This document shows positions 55,046 to 64,000 of a stretch of 64,000 bases of DNA, piece by piece (the stretch's first letter is position 1; each line of letters opens with the position of its first letter). Below the pieces are notes generated by a model. That model made no database searches, was not told where the DNA came from, and saw only the letters and a list, made by a program, of their open reading frames with translations. A program made the position numbers and the translations under genes. Source of the stretch: Chrysomallon squamiferum (taxonomy: Eukaryota > Animalia > Mollusca); assembly GCA_012295275.1 (NCBI GenBank), contig CM022665.1, positions 20,770,001 through 20,834,000 of the forward strand. The letters run 5' to 3'.

Positions 55046-55172
55046 ATGGGGACTGAAACTAACAAAGATGAACGTAACACACCAGAATATTTATCACAGT
55101 TACTAAAAGATAAGAAACAAATTCAAGCTCTTCCGAATGTTTTTATCCATGCGGAAAAGCTATTAGACGAAG
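55046..55172 (+). CDS. QKI: STAR-family KH RNA-binding protein quaking/held out wings, first coding exon (QUA1 dimerisation domain)
   Basis: acacaATGggg start. Translates MGTETNKDERNTPEYLSQLLKDKKQIQALPNVFIHAEKLLDE, matching QUA1 of QKI/HOW (YLxQLLKDxKQ...PNVFxHxExLLDEE). Strong donor GAAG|gtaagt at 55172/55173, phase 1. No exon 2 (KH domain) seen in the rest of the window. Confidence 0.92.
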
Positions 55173-56067
55173 GTAAGTTAGTGGTTACAGTTTTAAAATC
55201 TTATTGCATTTTGGGCATATGTCAGTTTGTAAAAGCTTTCGAAATCTATTTATTTCCGTGGATATGAGATAATTTCTGGAAGCAGACGTATCTGTACAGA
55301 ACTACGTTAACTGTCAAATGGCGGCACTGGTAGCCGACACGGAAGAAAAAGTTTTATAACATTTGGAGTACGTTGGAATTTTGACTTTTCGACTGCTATT
55401 TGGGATTGCAATAACTGTATGCAGTTTCTGGATTTATTTTAATCATATTTCTTAACTCCGCTATGGATTTATTGTGTAACAATTTTCTTGCAGTAATTTA
55501 CTCTCGAAGGCTACATTCCTTTACATTATTTCGAGAGAACGAGTCGGCCATTTTGAAAGGCTGCACCCTTGAGTGAACAGCTGAGCTCCCCTCAGCGTGA
55601 GAGAGGCACTCTAGATTTATTCCAAGTTGTGTGCCTGCTTGGGGCATTACTAACCTCACCAGTAAACAGCTTAAATACAGACCCCACGTCTCTGACAAGC
55701 TCAGTGAAGCTATAACGAGTTACTAAATATTCGTTGTTTAAATTCTTTTTTTCTTCATTAACTATTTTTTACAGTTAGAAGTTATTTCTTGGAAAGTTAT
55801 ATAAAAAAAAAGTTATGTTTGTTTTTTTAATAGAATGTTCGTTTTCAAAATCTGTATTTTGGCGGCGTCTTGAACATATTAAAAACTGTTATTGTACAAT
55901 TAATATTAACTGCTTAATTTGAAGAATTAACAATCCCCTCCTTCATTCATATTCAGTTTAAATAACATTTTGATACTTTTTTTTGGGGGGGGGGCTTTAG
56001 ACTATATCAGTATACTCATTTTTTTTCTTATAAATATGATTTGTAAGGTGTTATTATATATATGTTG

Positions 56068-56117
<50 letters not shown>

Positions 56118-58619
56118 GGTTTTGGCTGAAAAATATGATTTCAAAATGTTATTAAAAATCCAAAAAGAAACGAGAAACTTTATTTTTTACTTTTTAATTT
56201 GCTATAGAAGAGATGTATTAGGATTTTAAATTAAAAATGAAATACTTCCAATAACTGTACTTAGTTTATTTTTTACTGAACCATTTTGATTTCCAAAAAA
56301 TATAAATTGGATTTCTTTTTTTTAAGTTAAATCCATGTCAAGGTTTCAAATAATAGGATTTTTTGGGGGGTTTGGAAAACTTTTATTTGACATGTATGTA
56401 AATCATAACTCTGCTACTGTGCCCAAAATGTTCGTACTACAAAAGTAAATGTTATTATCTTTAATTGGTCGCTAATCACACAACAAGTGACTTGCATGAG
56501 ATAAAAATTGGTGATTTATCAGTTACGGAGTATGTAACTCACACGACAGGGCGTGATCGAACATTGAGTGTCGTAGACACAAAGTGAGAAACTGGTCTAA
56601 TCAATCTGTTTATCAATAATTTATGTTTCTGTATTCACAGGGGGTAGTGTGCATCAAGTCACTAATCCAGATTCCATTTTTTCCTCTTTCCCCACCTGTT
56701 GAGATTACTATAATTGAACCCTGCATTTAAAAAAAATAAAAAAATCTATAAAACATATTTTGCTGTTCAAACTCCATGTCTGTATTAACTGGAAAGCTGG
56801 GAAATGTTGCTTGTGGCCTGGTTATGGGATGGGATACATGTGTTTTGGCCAGACTACTATATAGTGGGATGGGATGTTTTACCTAACTGCTGCATGGTGG
56901 GTCTGGCTACTACTGTTGGACAAACTGGACACTGGATTGGTGATTGACCAGCATGGACTATAATCCACAAGTAATTGAACTCTGCTTTTAGCTAATGTTG
57001 GTTATAACCTACGTCTCACGTAGATCTGCATGTCATGTTTTGGTTCTTTTTGTTTACTTAACTCTGGCTAGTTTTCAATATTTCCTGTTCTAGGACTTCA
57101 CACATTTTTTATTTGTTAGCATTACAATAATCACAGCTTTGTAATCACATCTAAAATCTCTGCAAGTTTTTTTATTATTAAAATTTATCTTACTTTATTT
57201 TAATACTATTGGTGTTACACAATTCAGAAACCTTTGTCTTCTTTCTCAAAACATTGTAATAATAAAACTCAGACTTACTAATGATTTAAATCATTTTTTT
57301 TAAACAAAAAATTCAAACAAAATGTTGTGCTTTGATTAATCCGTTACTTGTCATTAGTTCTTTGACAAACTTACAAAAAAAAAACCCACTCTAAGTTAGT
57401 TTCTCAATCACTCTTTCCAAAAAGAGTTCGGCCAGATCTGAGGATTACAAGTCATCATCTTTAAGCCTAAAAGATAGAAGGTATGCATTGTTTTTATTTT
57501 TAATTTGATATATTTTTTTAATTTGTATTTTTGTGTGGGTGCTTTTGTATTAGTAGTGTAGATATATTTTTGTTTTGTTATAATGCCACTTGTTTTATCT
57601 TCTGTTTTATTACTTTTATTATTTTCTTGTTAGAAATAAACGCACACACATAACACACGAACATGATGATTCATATGTATGTGTATACATGTATTTATGT
57701 TAAAGATATTTGTGTATGTTACTAACAATCAGCATTTACTAAATTTATCAGATGACAAGCAAAATTTCTTTGATAAAAAGACAGTTGTATTCATGTCCAA
57801 GGCCAATGAAAAAAAAATGAGATTTTTTTTGTCAGGTGATATTAAATTGCAGCGACAGTGCTGTCATATTTCTGAGATGCTAACTTGGCTGGATATTTTC
57901 ATTTTTTTTTTTTTTTTTTCAATAATCAAAAACAAATCTGTAAAATAGAAATACATGTAAGTAGTTGTATCTTGAAATATTTTTTAAATTCAGAAATGTC
58001 TGGATGTTTTTAGAAACAAGTAAAATAAAATTTCACTGCTGTCAGAGGTTGTATGCAGAATGAAATTAGTTTAAAAACAGAGATACAATTTTCAGTTAGA
58101 TCATGTGGTATGTTTTCAGCAGTCTGAAGTTGCTGCTGGTGCTTCAGAGATTGTATGCTGAATGAAACTACTTTAAAAAGCTGGTTTAGTTCAGACTTCT
58201 TCTTTTGTACTGTGACACGCTGTTAGAAAGTGTCTCTTTTTCTAAATAGGTGGTAAGGAGGTAATATTTTTTGATGGATGTTGATAGGTTTTTGTCTAAA
58301 TGTTGACAGTTTTGTCTTGGTATTGATGATTTGTGTCTGTGTTTGGATGGCTGTCTCCACACAAATCCTCAAGGCTTGGTTTCAGCTTTGTTATTTTCTG
58401 TACAGCTTAACATCGTTTATTGTATCTTGTGTTAGTGGTTCCACTGGTTACAGATAACACCTTATATTGCTTCTGAATGCAGGTATAGAGATAATGGAAG
58501 CAAGAAGTAATAAGAATATAACTTGTGTATGCACCTTTTAGGATTAACATGTAAATAATTAATAAACTAAGAAGTTGTTTCCATCAGAATTTGAAGTTAA
58601 TATTTGCTAATACTGATTA

Positions 58620-58720
<101 letters not shown>

Positions 58721-59089
58721 ATTTATTTTTTCATATTCTTGTTGAATATTGGACTGAACTTGGTCTATTTCTTGGTAAAAATTCTTAGTTCATAAACTGA
58801 AACTGGAAAGAAAATTATAGTTCAGTGCAGTAACAAATTCTAACAGCTGGTTTTAAACTTTGAACTGTCTCAGAGGAGGACCTACAGTCTGTAAGAAGCA
58901 GTTGTCTCAAGATAACACATGATGAAAATACCAGCCCCCTCCCTTCTTCCCCATGTGTGACCAGATGGAAAACTGAAGACAGGTCAAGATAGACAAAGTA
59001 TCAGGTTTTATACCAGATGCTCTCTGACATGTGGAGACATCTTTGTCTTTACTTCAGCCTCATGTTAGTGTCTGTCTCCAGTGTTTTCT

Positions 59090-59735
59090 GTTACAAGCAT
59101 TATTTAACATTTCTTCAGTGTTGTTACTATGAAGTGTACTGTTTTCTTTATTAAGAACTAATTTGACATTTCTTCAGCATCTTCATTTATATCTATTTCT
59201 TAATTAATGTCTTAGCAACTGTCATTAAAACAATTCTGTAGAAGTGTATTTTGTTAACGTTTGTTTGGTTTTGTGTAAGTTATTAATATAGAGTGTTCTA
59301 TTTTCTTAAGAATTATTTAACATTCTTTCAGACTCTTAATTTACTGAATACCATGGTGATTTCCTCTAAAACAGACCAACAGAATTGTATTTTGTTAATA
59401 GTTTGGAAGTGTGTACATTTCTTAATTTGGAGTGTACTGGTTTTCTTAATAATCATTTAACATTTCTTTGGCATTTTTATTTGTATCTATTTTTCCACTG
59501 AATTATGTGAACAGCATGACAATATTCTCTAAAACATAGTCATGTATTTTGAAGTTAATGGCTGTGTAAATTGTTAATGTTGAGTATTTAATTTTCTTTA
59601 TTAAGAATTAATTAACATTTCCTCATCATTTGTATCTATTTCTTACTGAATAGCATGGCTGTAGAACTGTTTAATGGCTTTTTGAAGTGTGCAAGTTGTT
59701 AATGTAGAGTATATTATTTTCTTTATTAAGAATAT
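59090..59735. repeat. Old diverged ~140-155-bp tandem repeat (~4-5 copies) in QKI intron 1
   Basis: gagtgt...ttttct(tta)ttaagaa.ta.ttaacatttc recurs near 59131, 59291, 59430, 59582 and 59707. Confidence 0.7.
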
Positions 59736-61022
59736 GCTTGCCACTGGTTTACCTTACACGATCCAAGATTCCTTCACTAGAGCTGATTATGCAGTCATTA
59801 TCATTTCTGGCTTGCTTCCATAAACTTGGTTTTTTTCCTTGTCTGTATCTAGCTGCAGGTTTCATTAAAGAACTCCTGAATAATTCTGCTTGTATGAAAT
59901 CTTCCTCGGATATTAAGCAGACATTTTAACAGTAAATATTTTAATGCAGGGGATCAGGTTCATTCTTTTGTTCTGTTGCATTTTTCTATTTATTTTTCAT
60001 TCAGTCTTCCTTCTTTTGTTTGTTGTTGTGGGACATTAACTTAATGGATACTTGGTGTTTTGTTACAGAAGTGAATTAACTATAGATGTACCAGACCTTT
60101 ATTCTATTTGGTATCAGTTTATTATTACCTTTTGTCATAGTTTTCTTTTTGATTTAAGAGAAGTGTCTGTGTTGTATCAGTCTTGTGCTTCTGTGTGTGT
60201 GTGTGTGTGTGTGTGTACATATGTATATTCATTACTGATGTATATATGTGTGCATGTGTGTAGATATATATGCTGCAGATACATAATACATACGTATATG
60301 TGTTTACAAACACACACTTGTACATATATATGTGTGTGTCTGTACATGCACATACATACATACATACATACACACATACAGATATGCACAAATGTTAAAG
60401 ACTGATAAATTTATCAAAGTACATATATGTATATATATATTATGTTCGGGTGTCTGTTATGCATGTATGTATACAAATATTTGTACATTACATTGTCATA
60501 CATGTAACCATTACTCAGCCATACCAAAGACAGGTTTATCTAACAGGTGATCTTCAAAGTCAACTTCTCTTCTTGTTCACTGAAGTGTGACTCTATCTTT
60601 TTGCTCTGTGTTATGGTTCACCGGTGTCAGATTCAACTTTGCCTGTGGCTATTGTTGGAAGACACAAATGAAGATCACGAGTGTTCTTAAACCCAACATT
60701 TTTTTTTTATATATATATTATTATTGTCAGATTTTACTGGACTGGAACATGATAGAAAAACAAAATTATATTTCCAAGCTGACATGTCGTCTTTTCAGGT
60801 AGCAAACATTGTGAGAAAAAAAAGTTTGTTTTGACATGAAGAGGATCCAGTACCGTCAAAAGCAGCACTTAAGAATATTAATGAAAATCTGCTAGTCCTA
60901 TTGCTTTCAATAATTTGTATTAAATTGTATACCTCCTTAATGACCTTCTGTACAGTCTTTCCATCTTTTATAGTATCTCTTGCATACACCTATTTCTTCA
61001 TCTTGACATATACCACACTAAC

Positions 61023-61059
<37 letters not shown>

Positions 61060-61173
61060 TTATTCCCTTTTTAAGCTCGTATTTATTCTCACATAATCAC
61101 ACATACATGCAAACATGCTTATTGATGCATTTACACATATATTTATATATCTATATTTACATCATTTCTCTCA

Positions 61174-61230
<57 letters not shown>

Positions 61231-61753
61231 ATTCTGCCTCAAGATTGTAAAATTCAGGTCTGTCGTGGTTTTAAGCCTCTCCAGTATTTGTAATCATCTT
61301 GAATGAATTTCCACAGAATGTAAACATACCACAACATGTACAGACCTACTTCACTGCTCTGTTTTATTACTGGTATCAATGCTAGCAGTCTATCTGTACA
61401 ATCCTATGTTGCATGTCTGTTGCAAATTAAAGAGAGAAACAAAATGCAGAGATTGTCTTTACAGATTTATAAGAATGGAAATAGTACTTCAGTAATTAGA
61501 ATGCTTGACTAAACAAAGTGTGCATAATCACTTGCTACTTTAGTAATGGACTGATAAAAAAATTTTTTTTTTTTTTTTTTTTTTTAAATATGAAAAATAG
61601 AAGAGAAATTGAAATATATTCAGAATGTCAAGGTATAATAATAATAATAATAATAGTAATAATAAAAATAAAATAATAAATAAATGATAGTAATAGTGAT
61701 AGTAATAATGATAATGAGAATGGTAATAACAACAAATAAATAAATAAATAATG

Positions 61754-61784
<31 letters not shown>

Positions 61785-61904
61785 AACAACTAACTAGGAA
61801 TGGTTAAGCGACAAACATACAGAGTAGTATGGTTAAAATTTGTACAGCTGTTGTAGTAATTCAGCTTGTTTGTGATTTTCTTTAACTGGAAGACACTATC
61901 AGGT

Positions 61905-62270
61905 TACCCCAGATTCTTTACAACCTGGCACAGCACATAACACATGCAGCCAAAAGTGAGTTCTTTATGTGCCTCACACCTCTACCAGATACTTTCCTGA
62001 GCTCTTTACAAACTGGCCCCTTCACAGCACATGTATATTTTATAGTCAAAACTGAGTTCTTTATTTATATCACCCCCATGATACTTCCTGAGTTCTTTAT
62101 AACCTGGCCTTATAATAGTTCTCACATACATATAGCCAGAACCAAGTTACTTATTCATCTCCTCCCTCTCCACCAGAAACCTTTATCCATTCTTTATGAA
62201 CTGGCCCTATGTACACACATTCGTAGACAAAACTGAGCTGATTTACCTCATACTTTCCCCAGGTCTTAAC
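61905..62270. repeat. Diverged ~90-95-bp tandem repeat (~4 copies) in QKI intron 1
   Basis: ttcttta(c/t)aa.ctggc and aaaa(c/g)tgagttctttat alternate through the tract. Confidence 0.7.
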
Positions 62271-63230
62271 TAAACATACATACATTACATATTCTACCCC
62301 AGTTCGTTACCCATCTCATTCAATATTTTTATATTTACACCACTGCTTTGCCCATTATGTCTCTCCACTACATTTGTAGTAAATATCAAATTATGCACAT
62401 CCAAATGTTTTCTGCTGGCCAGCACATTGAGTATTAAGTGTTTTGTACGACTAAAGTTGCTTGTGTAATTTTTCATCCTCTGCATGTCTGTGGTTAATCA
62501 AATTAAAATTCTGTGCCCACCTGGGCTTCTACAAAAAGATAAAACTATTGCTTATCTTTCTTATCTATAAGTCTTCTGTGAGTGAACTTTCTTACTTCTG
62601 TTGTTTCTTTTTTTACTTTTTTTTCTGTTGAGTTGTTTCCTGATTGTTTATGTAGAGCATAACACAGATTGTTTTAATTTAAGAAGTGATTTTAAAGTGC
62701 ATTTCTTTGCATTTCTTTTCTTAAAAAAAGGAATCGTTACAAGCAAAACAAAAAATTTAAAAATGATATTTCATTATTTATTTATTATTATTATTCTTGT
62801 TGTATAATATTTTATTTTTACAGTGTATAAATTTTGGCTGCTGCATTTTCTAAGAATTAACAAAGCAAAAAAATGCCATCATGAAATTTTCTCATGTCAA
62901 AAATCATCTCAGTTAAGAAAAGTTTCTTTGAATTTTAGGCAAACTAGTAATTATAAAATCTTGGAATTACTTTTGTAATATATATTTCTAGTTTACTTTT
63001 CTTGTACAAAAGTTAATTTGTTTATATTTCTAATTTTCTTGTATAAAATGTTTATTTTTATTTCCAGTTTTCTTGCATCAGATTATTATGTAATTTATTC
63101 AGTCAGATTTTCTTCCAAAGTAATATTTAGACATTACCTTTTGTATTTAATCACACACTTCATGTAGGCACCTTATTTTCTTCTAGCATGTGTAGAAATT
63201 ACAATTTGTATATTTTGTATGTAATTATGT

Positions 63231-63352
63231 TTCATGTAGTTGTGGTATTTTCTTCGTGTGTGATGAGTACACTGTATACTTACTTTGTGTATTCTCTATC
63301 AAATTACTTTTCATGTAGTTGTGGTATTTTCTTCCTGTGTGATGTATATACT
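63231..63352. repeat. 79-bp-offset duplication in QKI intron 1
   Basis: ttcatgtagttgtggtattttcttc(g/c)tgtgtgatg at 63231 and 63310; a second duplicated pair tgagtttg..tttctgctacatggca near 63498 and 63570. Confidence 0.8.
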
Positions 63353-63610
63353 TAGTGTATTAGTTGTAGTAGATGCATGTGATTGCTATCAGTGGTATAG
63401 GTGAAAGTGCAGCAGCAGCAGCGTTGCCCTGTACGTGAACCCAGACTGCCAATTAACAGCTGTCTTGTTGAATAAGAACATCTGAGGCTGACAGCTGATG
63501 AGTTTGGTTTTCTGCTACATGGCAGGAATTTTTCTACACATCTGTGTGTGTGTCGTCTGTGTGTGTGCATGAGTTTGTCTTTCTGCTACATGGCATTCTT
63601 CTAGACATTC

Positions 63611-63653
<43 letters not shown>

Positions 63654-64000
63654 GGCATGCGTTCTTCTCCAAGTCCTTATGTTTATGGGGTGTGTGTGTC
63701 TTTCAGATGGAGAGAGAAAGTGTGTGTTCAGTTTTGTGCCACATGGCAGGCATTCTTCATGTGTATGTTGTGGTGTGAACTAGAATTGTTTGAACTTGGC
63801 TCTGTGAACTTCACATGTATACTTGTGTTAAACATTTCTTCAAGTTCAGCAACCTTTGAAATCCTTACAGTTGGTGCTATAATAAAAACTGAACTCTGAC
63901 AATAAATACTTTGGAATTTTTATAGATGAATTATTTTAAAAAGTTAAAATAAAGCTTTTAACTAAATAATTAAATTTAAAAAAAAAATAACAGATTATGA

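Overview
Very AT-rich, microsatellite-laden animal genomic DNA (invertebrate; a mollusc/lophotrochozoan is my guess from sequence style only). It is not prokaryotic, so nearly all ORFs in the supplied track are spurious translations of simple repeats. Two real genes are supported, both on the + strand. (1) The last three coding exons of a DDX18/HAS1/pitchoune DEAD-box RNA helicase (2289-2459, 5124-5301, 8064-8203), whose final intron is a minor-spliceosome (U12-type GT-AG) intron. (2) The first coding exon of a STAR-family quaking/held-out-wings RNA-binding protein (55046-55172) with its promoter. Between them is a ~46 kb interval with no recognisable coding exon, containing many CpG-retaining enhancer-like islands, mostly co-oriented CTCF-like motifs, RFX X-boxes and several minisatellites. 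Both gene bodies look CpG-depleted, consistent with mosaic gene-body methylation. I found no convincing novel multi-gene system; the strongest observations are splicing and regulatory features. Repeat and island boundaries were read by eye and are approximate.
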